In this document: positions 1-10,305 of the stretch, one piece after another
Position numbering within the stretch: the first letter of the stretch is position 1
How the letters are laid out: each line of letters opens with the position of its first letter
Origin: Coleofasciculus sp. B1-GNL1-01
GTDB lineage: Bacteria; Cyanobacteriota; Cyanobacteriia; Cyanobacteriales; Coleofasciculaceae
DNA length: 64,000 nt
Assembly (NCBI GenBank): GCA_040220235.1
Contig: JAVJTO010000071.1
Reading direction: 5' to 3' (one strand)
Translations under genes and position numbers: made by a program
The notes under the pieces: model-generated
Databases searched by the model: none
Told to the model about the DNA's origin: nothing
What the model saw: only the letters and a program-made list of their open reading frames with translations

Positions 1-1
1 C

Positions 2-1942
2 TACGCCAGCCGGGATGACGCGCTGCTTGACCAAAGTGACCCAAGCGGTGGCTCTTCAGCAACTGACTTTAAACTCGACCCTACTCGTCGTCCTAATGGT
101 ATCCGACTGATCAATGGCAGTACAGTCGCTCGAAGTAGCACGAATGAATTTGTTACTGATGAGAAAGGGTTGATTTTAGTTTCCGATTTACCTGTCTATA
201 TAAAAGGTGATTTTAACCTTCACGAAGCCCCAGGAGGAGGAACTGAACTTGAGGAATTTAAGAGTGGGGATACCCTGGATGCTGACTACGGCAATTTTTA
301 CACAAGGGGATTAACAGCAACCGATAACTACAACCGGAATGATCAGTTTGCCCGTCGTGAAAGTGGCGGCGGTGATATGTGGAGAGCCACCCGGATTTTC
401 GCTGATGCCGTTACCTTGTTATCGGGTGACTTTAACGATGGCTACCGCAGTGATGGCGACTACGACCTGAACAATAATATCGGCAATCAAGCTGTGGCGG
501 CTCGGTTACAAAATGGATTCTGGTGGAATGATTATGCGACAAGCCGAGATTATTGGTCAGGAACAAATAATAGTTTCCCAGATGATAGTAATGATAGTAA
601 CCAAAGTTCATATTTCCTCAATGGTGTCACTCCAATCCAGCGCCGGGTAAATTTTCCTGAGTATCTGATGGAGTATTGCCGCAAGTTACCTGTTTCTGAA
701 TGTGGACCAGGGGACTGGTTCATTGGATATGACGTTAACGGAAACGGAAATTTAGATGATTCAGAAGCCGACCTAAACACTGAATTAGGGAGCGACATAG
801 ATTTAGATGCCGATGGCACCAACAACGAAGCCGATGTTTTTGAGCGGGATGTAAATTCCTATCAGTTGGCTCAATATTTAGGTTTAGGGGCTCTAAATGC
901 TTCAAAACTCGGGGCAGGAACAACGGCTCAACCCGCATTGGTTCCGTCAGAGCGACGCTATCCCCGTCGGGTTGCCTTTGCCAGAGATGCCAGTAATAAT
1001 CTCATTGAAGAGGGTACTCCTGGTAGCCAGGACTATCAGCCGTTGGGAGTAGGTTGTCCAGGAGGTAGTCCACTTAAAACTTTTGCAAACAGATGTACGG
1101 GTAGTAGTGTTCCAACCAAAACTGACAATGCTCTCTGGTTTGCCACAATTAAAGATTCTAGTGTTGTCGGCAATGCCAATGCTGGCAACATGAGATTTAA
1201 TGACAATGGACTTTTATGGTACGAACCTCCTACTACCAACCAAGGTCAACCGTTGTTAGTACCAATCTTACAGCTCCACACCACTAATCGCACTGCGACA
1301 CTGCCGAACAATGAGACAAGACTAAAAGATGCTCCCAATAACAACTGGTTCCAGCAAGCTACGACGACAACATTTAACGCCGTCTTAGTCATGGGAGACT
1401 CGCCCTCAAGACCTGGTCAATCTGATCCTCCTAATGCAGCTGGACTAATTGCCGAAACGGGTGGTGGCTTATCCAACTTCCCCCGATTCCTAGAAAACTG
1501 GGACGGGGAGACGGCAGAAATTCGGGGTAGCTTTATTCAGGATAAAAAGAGCGTCTTTGCCACAGCACCGTTCACAGCGATATCTGACTCAGGAATCGAT
1601 ACCTCTCTATTCTTTGACACAGCTTATTATCGTGATGACAATGATGACGGTTTCCGTTATCAAGTCGGTGCTTCTCGTCGCCGAGCTCCCTACTACGACG
1701 CACCTACACGGGCGTGGGGTTATGATGTGGGCTTACTGTCCCAAACTCCTGACCTATTCTCTAAACGATTTGCAACGCCGTTCGCCGGAAGCCCTGATGA
1801 GTTCTACAGAGAGGTGCGTCGTAATGATCCTTGGATTCAAACCTTACTCTGTGGGGCGACACTCGACAACGGAGATTTTGAGGAACATGCTGTTCCCAGT
1901 GCTGCTCAAGGTTGTCCAGCAGACAATAAATACAATAGCTAA
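2..1942 (+). CDS. hpsA: Hormogonium polysaccharide biosynthesis protein HpsA-like, 5'-partial (frame open from the window start)
   Basis: Frame +2 is open from base 2 (YASRDDALLD..DFKLDPTRRPNGIRLING..EKGLILVSDLPVYIKGDFNLH). It has NFPRFLENW and RAWGYDVGLLSQTPDLF motifs and lies directly upstream of pseudopilins. Confidence 0.8.
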   Translation, partial: YASRDDALLDQSDPSGGSSATDFKLDPTRRPNGIRLINGSTVARSSTNEFVTDEKGLILVSDLPVYIKGDFNLHEAPGGGTELEEFKSGDTLDADYGNFYTRGLTATDNYNRNDQFARRESGGGDMWRATRIFADAVTLLSGDFNDGYRSDGDYDLNNNIGNQAVAARLQNGFWWNDYATSRDYWSGTNNSFPDDSNDSNQSSYFLNGVTPIQRRVNFPEYLMEYCRKLPVSECGPGDWFIGYDVNGNGNLDDSEADLNTELGSDIDLDADGTNNEADVFERDVNSYQLAQYLGLGALNASKLGAGTTAQPALVPSERRYPRRVAFARDASNNLIEEGTPGSQDYQPLGVGCPGGSPLKTFANRCTGSSVPTKTDNALWFATIKDSSVVGNANAGNMRFNDNGLLWYEPPTTNQGQPLLVPILQLHTTNRTATLPNNETRLKDAPNNNWFQQATTTTFNAVLVMGDSPSRPGQSDPPNAAGLIAETGGGLSNFPRFLENWDGETAEIRGSFIQDKKSVFATAPFTAISDSGIDTSLFFDTAYYRDDNDDGFRYQVGASRRRAPYYDAPTRAWGYDVGLLSQTPDLFSKRFATPFAGSPDEFYREVRRNDPWIQTLLCGATLDNGDFEEHAVPSAAQGCPADNKYNS

Positions 1943-1980
1943 TCCCCGTCGAATCGTAACTGATAGCTGAGGTTTAAACC

Positions 1981-2694
1981 ATGCTCAAGCCGCCAAACCA
2001 TCCTCCATCCTCATCCAGTCAATCGGGTTTTACGATTATCGAATCGTTGATTGCGATTATTGTAGTTAGCATCTTGATGATTGGTCTCTCACCAGTGATT
2101 GTTCTCTCCGTCGCGACTCGTGTACAGGCAAGGCGGGTAGAACTGGCAACCCAAGCAGCAAGAGATTATGTGGATGGGGTTCGCAGTGGGGCGATTGACC
2201 CTCCCGGAAACACTGTCAATGTTGGAGACAAGAATAAAAACCTCTCCAAGTTTGCTGATGAGGCAGCCCCGAATACCACCTTACCAACCTGTAACACGAA
2301 TGCAGGACAATACTGTAGTGATGATCCAAACACAGGTTTGTACTGTGTAGACCGGGATGAGAGTGGGGGTTGCGAGAATAATAGTGCCAAAGACATGATT
2401 GTTCAAGCCTTTCGCAGTGTTTACGAAGATGGGAATGGAGACGTAGTTAATGACTCTGAAAAAGGCTACTTACTCGGTATCCGCGTGTACAGAGCCGATG
2501 GGTTCCAAAATGACGGTAATTTGGAAACGGGTCAAACCCAGCTAGCATCAACGAGCGGATTAAGGGTAAGCGATCGCAAAGATCCCTTGTTCAAGTTAAC
2601 CACGGAAATTCCACCGCCAATTCAAGCTAATCCCGCCGACGCTGATTCTGCCTATCAGGATTTCTGCGATCGCTTGGGGGGTTGTGTTAATTAA
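1981..2694 (+). CDS. hpsB: Prepilin-type pseudopilin, HpsB-like
   Basis: Type IV N-methylation motif G/FTIIESLIAII followed by SVATRVQARRVELATQAAR; follows hpsA. Confidence 0.75.
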   Translation: MLKPPNHPPSSSSQSGFTIIESLIAIIVVSILMIGLSPVIVLSVATRVQARRVELATQAARDYVDGVRSGAIDPPGNTVNVGDKNKNLSKFADEAAPNTTLPTCNTNAGQYCSDDPNTGLYCVDRDESGGCENNSAKDMIVQAFRSVYEDGNGDVVNDSEKGYLLGIRVYRADGFQNDGNLETGQTQLASTSGLRVSDRKDPLFKLTTEIPPPIQANPADADSAYQDFCDRLGGCVN

Positions 2695-2750
2695 TTGCCG
2701 TTTATCCTTGCTCACTGTTAATCAGAACACTTATATAAACTTGCAGGATA

Positions 2751-3779
2751 ATGAATAGACTCCACTACTATCTCATAACTCAGCGCAAACGCCGCCAGCA
2801 CCAGCCAAAAACAGCAGGTTTTACCTTAATTGAAATTCTGGTTGCTCTAATCATTGCGGCTCTGATTATCACGCCCTTGCTGGGATTTATGCTCAATATC
2901 CTCACGACAGATCGTCGAGAGCAAGCTAAAGCAAGCACAGAACAAGAACTTCAAGCCGCTCTAGATTATATTACCAGAGATTTAGAACAATCCGTTTATA
3001 TTTACGATGCTAAAGGTATAGGCAATATTAAAAATCAACTGCCTACGGCTCCAGCCGACATGGCATGGGAACCTGTTCTCGTGTTTTGGAAACGGCAAAT
3101 TATACCTGATATTATCCCAATTGGGAGTGGGACTAACTGTGCATCGTCTCCCGGAGCATGTGATGATGCTTTTGTATACTCCTTAGTCTCATACTTTCTG
3201 ACGAAAAAAACCAACTGTAGTGCAGATACGTGGTCTTGTACCGCTCAAATTCGCCGATTTGAAACCCGAGGCGCGGCTAAGGATCTCGATGGCGATACTG
3301 CCACTGGTGAAACCGTAGATCCGGGTTTTAATTCATTCCTATCACTGCTAAATCAGCAACCGGGTTCAAGTGTTCCCGGTGATAATTTATTTGAACAGCG
3401 AATGAATAGTTGGCAAAAAGATACCGGAGATTATCTAAGGAATTCCCAAGTTTTGATTGACTATATTGACCAAACTACCAGTGCTGTCCCAGCAGTAACC
3501 TGTTCTAACGAAACCGAAACGAATAACGCAGGAAATACTGTTACTCGATGGGAAGAAGTCCCTGCCAGTACTGTGAATACCGACTTTCAAACTGAGAGCT
3601 TTGTTGCCTGTGTTGATCCATCTCGCACCACCGCTAAAGTTTCCTTAAGAGGCAATGCCTTAGCTCGAATCAAACCGAAAAATAACCCTCCAACTTATAG
3701 TGAAGACGACTCGGTCTATTTCCCAACCGCAAGTATCCAAGTACAAGGGCGGGGATTTGTTGAAGATGAAGAGGAATAA
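2751..3779 (+). CDS. hpsC: Prepilin-type pseudopilin, HpsC-like
   Basis: G/FTLIEILVAL; DRREQAKASTEQELQAALDYI and PVLVFWKR motifs; third gene of the cluster. Confidence 0.75.
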   Translation: MNRLHYYLITQRKRRQHQPKTAGFTLIEILVALIIAALIITPLLGFMLNILTTDRREQAKASTEQELQAALDYITRDLEQSVYIYDAKGIGNIKNQLPTAPADMAWEPVLVFWKRQIIPDIIPIGSGTNCASSPGACDDAFVYSLVSYFLTKKTNCSADTWSCTAQIRRFETRGAAKDLDGDTATGETVDPGFNSFLSLLNQQPGSSVPGDNLFEQRMNSWQKDTGDYLRNSQVLIDYIDQTTSAVPAVTCSNETETNNAGNTVTRWEEVPASTVNTDFQTESFVACVDPSRTTAKVSLRGNALARIKPKNNPPTYSEDDSVYFPTASIQVQGRGFVEDEEE

Positions 3780-3840
3780 TAATCAGGGGATAGAAGGTCG
3801 AACATGACTCAAATCAGCCAACCATGTAACAGGAGGAGCA

Positions 3841-4497
3841 ATGAGAACTACAAGGTTATCACTTAATATGCTAAAGCAGTTTGCCAATGTCAAAACGCAA
3901 GGAAAAAAAGCGTCATTGTCTTCTACCTCAGGCTTTACGTTGTTAGAAGTTTTGGTAGTGGTGATCATGATTGCTGTTTTAAGTGCGATCGCCGCACCTG
4001 GTTGGCTAGCCTTTGTTAACCGTCAACGAGTGGCGAAAGTAAATGATGCGGTTTTAAGGGCAATGCAAGACGCCCAACGGGAAGCCAAACGAACAAAACT
4101 GAGTTATAACGCCAGTTTTCAAAATGATTCAGGTCAACTAGAGGTTGCGGTTTATCCGGAAGGGACTGATGCTGGTGATATACCCTGGAAATCATTAAAT
4201 GAAGGTTTAGATATTAAAGAAGGACAAGTTCTTTTATGTTCTGATATTGATACCACAGCGAATCAAGAAGCAAGTTCTCCCACCTGTACTATCGGTACTA
4301 ATCCCAGAACAATTATATTTGACTATCAAGGAAATTTAGAACCGGGTGCTAGTATTGGAGATGGGATCGGAATTACTGTAGCTATCCCGGATAATTCACA
4401 AAGTCCTATTGTATCTACAGCTCGCTGTGTGGTTGTGAAAACTTTAATTGGCTCAAAGGTTATGGAAAAAGATGCCACTTGTCCTCTGCCGCCGTAA
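3841..4497 (+). CDS. Prepilin-type pilin/pseudopilin (GspH/FimT-like, in the hpsD position)
   Basis: G/FTLLEVLVVV..IAAPGWLAF; C-terminal RCVVVKTLIG; AGGAG RBS upstream. Confidence 0.85.
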   Translation: MRTTRLSLNMLKQFANVKTQGKKASLSSTSGFTLLEVLVVVIMIAVLSAIAAPGWLAFVNRQRVAKVNDAVLRAMQDAQREAKRTKLSYNASFQNDSGQLEVAVYPEGTDAGDIPWKSLNEGLDIKEGQVLLCSDIDTTANQEASSPTCTIGTNPRTIIFDYQGNLEPGASIGDGIGITVAIPDNSQSPIVSTARCVVVKTLIGSKVMEKDATCPLPP

Positions 4498-4545
4498 TTA
4501 GAGGGTAAAAGACTATCGTTATTGTAAAATTATATTAATTTTAAA

Positions 4546-4653
4546 TACAGCGCTTTTCAAGTAAGTGAGGTACACAGACAGATCCCCGACAACTCCTACG
4601 AAGTCGGGGATCTTGCTTAGAGACTGTACCTCATCAACCTGAAATCTGCTGTA
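4546..4653. mobile_element. TA-flanked MITE containing an AGATCCCCGAC..GTCGGGGATCT palindrome
   Basis: Imperfect ~29-bp terminal inverted repeats (tacagcgcttttcaagtaagtgaggtaca / tgtacctcatcaacctgaaatctgctgta). The right part is near-identical at 12601-12680. Confidence 0.7.
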
Positions 4654-5131
4654 AGTACAGATTGGCTCGGTTAAGACTTTTAACATTACCCTGTTCAGAG
4701 AAAGACTTTTGTCGCAAAATACCAAATGGGAGTTGCCAGAGGAGCATCCCATTTTTAGAGAATTGTAGCCGATTATTCATCAGGTTCGTAGTAGGCACTT
4801 TATTTAGTGCCTGAAATGGCTTTATTTCCAAGCACGCTTCGTGCTGACTACGAACAGAGCAAGATGCTTCTGTTGCGATGAGTAACCTGCTTATTGGTTT
4901 TATACTGAATCGGGCTTAATTATTCTGGAAGCCTGTCAAGGACAGGTTGGGTCAAGGGCGACCCGATCAAATTGAGTCGATACCGTTGTTGATTAGTGCA
5001 AGCGGGTCGCCCCTACACTAGGACTAAATGTCATAGGCTTCCATTACCCTTATGAAAGCGCCTGATCAAAGTGGGTTGTTACATCGTAGCCTGGAACTCC
5101 CGATGATGAGTTCAATCAGGGTAACTTGGTT

Positions 5132-5770
5132 ATGCGACAAAATAATTCAACTCAAAAACCCGTACCTAGCACCACGGCTGGATTTACATTGCTGGAACTG
5201 ATTGTAGTCGTTTTCATAATTGGGATATTAAGTGCGATCGCGGCTCCCGCTTGGCTACACTTTACGGATATACAGCGCTTGAACCAAGCTCGCGATCAAG
5301 TTTACTGGGCAATGCAAGAAGCACACAGTAATGCGCGACGTGATAAAATGACCTGGCAAGTGAGTTTTCGTAAAAATCCAGAGGATGTTTTTCAATTTGC
5401 TATTCATCAGGCTGATGCTAGCCAATTTGTCCCGACGTCAGTAGTAAACAATCCAGGTGTATGGGAGAATTTTGATCCGAATGTGGCGATTGATGAAAGC
5501 AAAAATGATCAGAACAAGTATGAAACCAGTTTAGTTAAAGATGCTTCATCAGCCTATTGGCGAGTGCAGTTTAACTACTGGGGTTGTCCTGTTCGCACAC
5601 CGGACGACGAGTGTGGACAAACCTCAATCCAAGCTTTAGGGCGTGTGACTCTGCGGAGCAAAAATGGGGGGGATGCAAAACGCTGTGTGATTGTCTCGAC
5701 ATTAATTGGAAATATGCGAAGAGGACATGAACATGATCAACCTGATGATGACGATAAGTATTGCTATTAG
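5132..5770 (+). CDS. Prepilin-type pilin-like protein (GspH/FimT-like)
   Basis: G/FTLLELIVVV..IAAPAW; KRCVIVSTLIG; paralogous in layout to 3841-4497. Confidence 0.85.
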   Translation: MRQNNSTQKPVPSTTAGFTLLELIVVVFIIGILSAIAAPAWLHFTDIQRLNQARDQVYWAMQEAHSNARRDKMTWQVSFRKNPEDVFQFAIHQADASQFVPTSVVNNPGVWENFDPNVAIDESKNDQNKYETSLVKDASSAYWRVQFNYWGCPVRTPDDECGQTSIQALGRVTLRSKNGGDAKRCVIVSTLIGNMRRGHEHDQPDDDDKYCY

Positions 5771-6031
5771 TTGTTTGTCCTGTGTCAGCCCTCACCCCCA
5801 GCCCCTCTCCCAACCCCCCACAATCCCCCCAGCGAGGGGGGAGGACTAAGGATGTTTCACTTTTATGGCACTGGAGAGGGGAGCAAGAGGAGAGCAGTGT
5901 AGAGACGTGCCATGGCGCGTCTGAGAGCCTTTCAAAGGTTGAGCTAGCTATAGCCAGCTATAAATTTCAAGGCGCACGTCGGTTATGGATAAGGGCGCAC
6001 GTCGGTGCGCCCCTACGAGTTTGGTATTTGT

Positions 6032-7360
6032 ATGGATATTAATTCTCTGCTGCAACCCTATCAACGTTTTGGTGTCCATCTGGGTTTAGAACGCATCCAG
6101 CGACTCCTGGCGGCGTTGGGTAATCCCCATCAGCGTATCCCGATGATTCATGTGGCGGGAACGAATGGGAAGGGTTCGGTTTGCGCTTATCTTTCCTCGG
6201 TTCTCAGTGAAGCGGGGTATCGAGTGGGACGCTATACGTCTCCTCATTTAATTGATTGGACGGAACGAATCTGTATCAATCAATACCCGATTTCTACGAC
6301 AGAATTGGTCAATAGTCTGGAACAGGTGCAAGGGGCGATTCCCCCCAATACTGAAGAGTCACCGACGCAGTTTGAAGTGATTACGGCGGCGGCTTGGTTA
6401 TATTTTGCTCAGGAACAGGTGGATATAGCGGTGATTGAGGTGGGATTGGGGGGACGTCTGGATGCGACGAATGTCTGTGATCAGCCTTTGGCGACGATTA
6501 TTACTTCAATTAGTCGGGAACATTGGCAGGTTTTGGGTTCGACGCTGAGTCAAATTGCTACAGAGAAAGCGGGTATTCTCAAAACCAATTGTCCGGCGAT
6601 TATCGCCCCTCTTCCCCCAGAAGCGAAAGCTGTTGTCCAATCTCGGATTGAGGAGTTAAATTGTCCGGTAACCTGGGTAGAACCTGCCCAGAAAGTCAAC
6701 AGGCAAACTGTAGTCAGGGCGGGTTTTGAACCAAGGTTATCATCAATCGCGACACCCAAGTCCCTAAACCCGCCCCTACATCAAAATGCAGACGCGCCGT
6801 TATGGGCGAGTTATGGGGGAATAATTTATCCATTGTCGTTGCTGGGGGAGATTCAGTTAACGAATTCTGCTGTGGCGATCGCGACTTTTCAATCCCTAGT
6901 TAACCAAGGCTGGCATATCCCAGAGTCTGCTATTGTTTCGGGGATGGCAAAGACGCAATGGTTAGGACGCCTACAATGGACTGAATGGAAGAATTATCGC
7001 CTATTGGTGGATGGCGCTCATAATCCGGCGGCGGCGACAGGTTTGCGTGAATATGTGGATACGCTGAATACGCCTGTAACCTGGGTAATGGGAATCCTCT
7101 CAACTAAAGAGCATGAGGGGATTTTTCAGGCGTTACTTCGAGGGGGCGATCGCGTTTACCTGGTTCCTGTGCCTGATCATAGCTCAGCCGAACCGGAAGA
7201 ATTGAGTGCGATCGCGCGATCGGTTTGTCCCACTCTTACCCATTGTCATACTTATCCTAACTTAGAAGCTGGACTGCAAGCGGCGACAACCACGGCTGCT
7301 GATTCTACCCTTATCCTGTGCGGTTCTCTTTATCTGGTGGGTTATTTTCTTGGTTTGTAG
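6032..7360 (+). CDS. folC: Folylpolyglutamate synthase/dihydrofolate synthase
   Basis: HVAGTNGKGS, YTSPHL, EVGLGGRLDATNV, DGAHN and CGSLYLVG motifs; ATG at 6032. Confidence 0.95.
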   Translation: MDINSLLQPYQRFGVHLGLERIQRLLAALGNPHQRIPMIHVAGTNGKGSVCAYLSSVLSEAGYRVGRYTSPHLIDWTERICINQYPISTTELVNSLEQVQGAIPPNTEESPTQFEVITAAAWLYFAQEQVDIAVIEVGLGGRLDATNVCDQPLATIITSISREHWQVLGSTLSQIATEKAGILKTNCPAIIAPLPPEAKAVVQSRIEELNCPVTWVEPAQKVNRQTVVRAGFEPRLSSIATPKSLNPPLHQNADAPLWASYGGIIYPLSLLGEIQLTNSAVAIATFQSLVNQGWHIPESAIVSGMAKTQWLGRLQWTEWKNYRLLVDGAHNPAAATGLREYVDTLNTPVTWVMGILSTKEHEGIFQALLRGGDRVYLVPVPDHSSAEPEELSAIARSVCPTLTHCHTYPNLEAGLQAATTTAADSTLILCGSLYLVGYFLGL

Positions 7361-7735
7361 TTGCGCTTTAGCGCCGATATAATTTTGAGGTTAGTCCCTA
7401 CGTTGGAGCGATGATAGGCTAAAGCCCTTACTACAAACTACAAACTACAAACTATCCCACATCTGGGCTGCGCGATCGGTTTGTCCTAATCTTGCCGATT
7501 GTCACACCTATCCTAACTTAGAGGCTGGACTGCAAGCGGCGACAACCACGGCTGCTGATTCTACCATTATCCTGTGCGGTTCTCTTTATCTGGTGGGTTA
7601 TTTTCTTGGTTCGTAGGTTTGTAGTTGCGCTTCAGCGCCGATATAACTTTGAGGTTAGTTCCTACGTTGGAGCGATGATAGGCTCGCATCCCTTACTACA
7701 AACTACAAACTACAAACTATCCCACATCTGGGCTG
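7214..7735. repeat. Tandem ~260-bp duplication of the folC 3' end, the intergenic REP and the 3' tip of the ABC substrate-binding gene
   Basis: 7214-7469 and 7470-7735 align over their whole length with scattered substitutions. Confidence 0.9.
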
Positions 7736-8990
7736 CATCAGCCACCGCTTCTTCTACCTCCTTTTCTCCTAACATTGCTGCTTGTAAATTCTCATAAATT
7801 GCGGCTTGCAACTTATTTAAATCCTTCATCGCTGGTACTAATACCTCCGCCTCTGTCAACTGACTGGCACTAATCGCTCGTGCTTGTTCTACAGGAGAAG
7901 CATTCGGATTACTTGACAATTGAGCTTGATACTGTTCCACCGCTTCAATGGTTGATGGTAAAACATTTGCCGCTTGAGCAAAGGCTAACTGATTCTCGGT
8001 ATTTGTCACAAATAGAGCAAAATTTAAGGCATCCTCTGGATTATTTGTATCCCGTGGAATGACTAAATTCATTACCGCCACATTCTTTTTACCGGTTTTT
8101 CCGGTAATTTGAGGGGATGTCGCTGATACTTTGGCAATGTCGGGGGCGTTAGTTTCAATTGTTTTTAGGAATTCCGCACCGGATGCTAGTAATGCTGTCT
8201 CTCCCGCTTGATATAATTCAATTGCATTTCGATGTCCTTGGGTGAGAACTTCTCGCGGTAAGAGTCCTTTTTGATACAAGTCTACCCAATATTTAAATGC
8301 GGCAATTCCTTCAGGCGTATTAAAGGCAGCTTTTCCTTCCTCATCGACTAACTGCACGCCCATCTGTACGAAAGATTCCAGCACTTCACTGGAATCATCG
8401 GGAACAAAGGTGACAAAAAAGGCATAGTTTCCTGTCTTATCTTTCACCTGTTGGGCAACCTCTGCCAGTTCAGTATAGGTTGTGGGCGGTTGACTAATTC
8501 CGGCTTGCTTAAGTAAATCTTGATTGTAAATCGTTACCCGTGTGGTTAGATACCAGGGGATACCAAAACTTTGATTATCAATCGTACTCGCTTGCCAGAT
8601 TTTGGGTAAATATCGCTGGCGAATTTCATCGGGAATTGTCTTTTCTAACTCTAACCAAGCATTACGAGTGGCAAGCTGGGAGGCAAAGCTGGGATTTAAA
8701 TTAACCACATCCGGTGCTGTTTTTGCGGATACGGCGGTTAAGATTTTACGCTCCATTTCTGCCCAAGGGACATCCACCCAGCGCACGTTTACGTCTGGGT
8801 TGTCGGCTTCAAAGTCACCGATAACTTGATTAAAATACTCGGTAAACTGAGGCTGAAGCTGCATCGTCCAGAACTCTATTTCTCCAGCGGCTGAGGGTGC
8901 GGGGGCGGGGCTACAGCTTACCAGCCAACTTAACAGCCATCCCAACAGGGCAAATAGTCCAAATTGTTTCCAGGTTTTGATCTGAATCAT
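7710..8990 (-). CDS. Sugar ABC transporter substrate-binding lipoprotein
   Basis: Lipobox LVSC; FWTMQL, WVDVPW, APDVVNLN and PWYL motifs of SBP family 1. Confidence 0.9.
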   Translation of the reverse strand: MIQIKTWKQFGLFALLGWLLSWLVSCSPAPAPSAAGEIEFWTMQLQPQFTEYFNQVIGDFEADNPDVNVRWVDVPWAEMERKILTAVSAKTAPDVVNLNPSFASQLATRNAWLELEKTIPDEIRQRYLPKIWQASTIDNQSFGIPWYLTTRVTIYNQDLLKQAGISQPPTTYTELAEVAQQVKDKTGNYAFFVTFVPDDSSEVLESFVQMGVQLVDEEGKAAFNTPEGIAAFKYWVDLYQKGLLPREVLTQGHRNAIELYQAGETALLASGAEFLKTIETNAPDIAKVSATSPQITGKTGKKNVAVMNLVIPRDTNNPEDALNFALFVTNTENQLAFAQAANVLPSTIEAVEQYQAQLSSNPNASPVEQARAISASQLTEAEVLVPAMKDLNKLQAAIYENLQAAMLGEKEVEEAVADAAQMWDSL

Positions 8991-9207
8991 ATTGAGATAT
9001 TACACCATTTTAAGACTCCCACATCATCCGCCAAGAACTCAAGTTCTTGGCTCAAAGCTTAAGTCCATTAAAATGGACTAAAATGCTTATTTGGTTATCA
9101 ACCCGGTGGGCAGTGTCCACCCTACTCCTGGACATAAATTTTGTCACCTGAGTTAAGAGTTGTCGAAAAAAATTAATTTCTTGTTGCCTGTTCCCTGTTC
9201 CCTTCCC

Positions 9208-10047
9208 TCACTCATAACTTGATCCATCGGGTAATATCGCCCCGGTTAATGTGGCACCGCGTAGGTTAACCTGATCCAGGTTGGCATCAAGTAAAACGGT
9301 TTCTAGTAAAATTGCATCCGTTAAATTAGACCAGCATAGTTTGGCGCGATATAAATTAGCTTTGCTAAGATTAGCACCTCGTAGGGTTGTCCAACAAATA
9401 CTCACTCCTCTGAGTTTAGCCCCAATGAGTATCGCTCTGGTCAAGTTAACGCCATTAATCCTAGCCTGACTTAAATCGACTTCAGTTAAGTCTGCCTGGG
9501 TAAAGTTAGCACCATGTAACAGGGCTTTGTTCAGATTTGCCTGTTTTAAGTTGGTCTCGAGAAGAATCGCATTCGTCAAATTCGCTTTTTCTAAATTGGC
9601 GCTAATTAATGTAGCATAAGAGAGATTCGTGCGACTGAGTGAAGCGTCGGTTAATTTTGCCTGATTTAAGTTGGCTTCCCGCATGATTGCCTCACTGAGA
9701 ATGGCTTCCGACAAATTGGCACGACTGAGATTGGCACCATTCAAGGTAGAGGCTCGTAAACTGGCATTGATTAAGTTGGCTTGACTAAGATTAGCTTGGG
9801 TTAAGTTACTCGAAATTAGGTTCGCTTCGACCAAATCTGTACCACATAAGGTGGCTTGAGTGAGATTCGCTTCTCGAAAGTTGACAAGTTTGAGAGACGC
9901 CCCAGTCAGATTACTTTGGCTTAAGTCCGATCCTCGCAGGTTGGCGTGAGTCAGATCAGCACCAATCAGGGAGGCGTTTCTAAGATTAACTCGTCTGAAG
10001 TCCCGTTCCCCTACTGCATATCGTCTTAGCAGTTCATCGGCATCCAT
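9208..10047 (-). CDS. Pentapeptide repeat protein
   Basis: MDADELLRRYAVGERDF N-terminus and continuous A(N/D)LXX repeats. Confidence 0.95.
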   Translation of the reverse strand: MDADELLRRYAVGERDFRRVNLRNASLIGADLTHANLRGSDLSQSNLTGASLKLVNFREANLTQATLCGTDLVEANLISSNLTQANLSQANLINASLRASTLNGANLSRANLSEAILSEAIMREANLNQAKLTDASLSRTNLSYATLISANLEKANLTNAILLETNLKQANLNKALLHGANFTQADLTEVDLSQARINGVNLTRAILIGAKLRGVSICWTTLRGANLSKANLYRAKLCWSNLTDAILLETVLLDANLDQVNLRGATLTGAILPDGSSYE

Positions 10048-10150
10048 AATCGTGTTTTGATTGCCTAGGTAGATTTAAGTCATCAAGTTTACCGTAAGGG
10101 ATTCATGATTGGTGAGTCGTGAGTGATAATGAAGAAATTGTCCTGTAGAG

Positions 10151-10295
10151 GGGGAGATGGGGTGATGGGGTGATGGGAGAGATGGGGAAGATGGGAGACA
10201 AAAATTCTATAGTCCATTACCCTGTTCCCTGTTCCCTGTTCCCTGTTCCCTAACACATGACAAATGACGAATGACAAATGACAAATAACGAAGGA
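10151..10295. repeat. Short tandem repeats (ggggtgat/gggagatg, ttccctg and aaatgac units) upstream of ilvD
   Basis: Directly visible 7-9-mer arrays; the same heptamers recur at 18525, 35461 and 42803. Confidence 0.85.
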
Positions 10296-10305
10296 AAGTA
10301 AGCCA

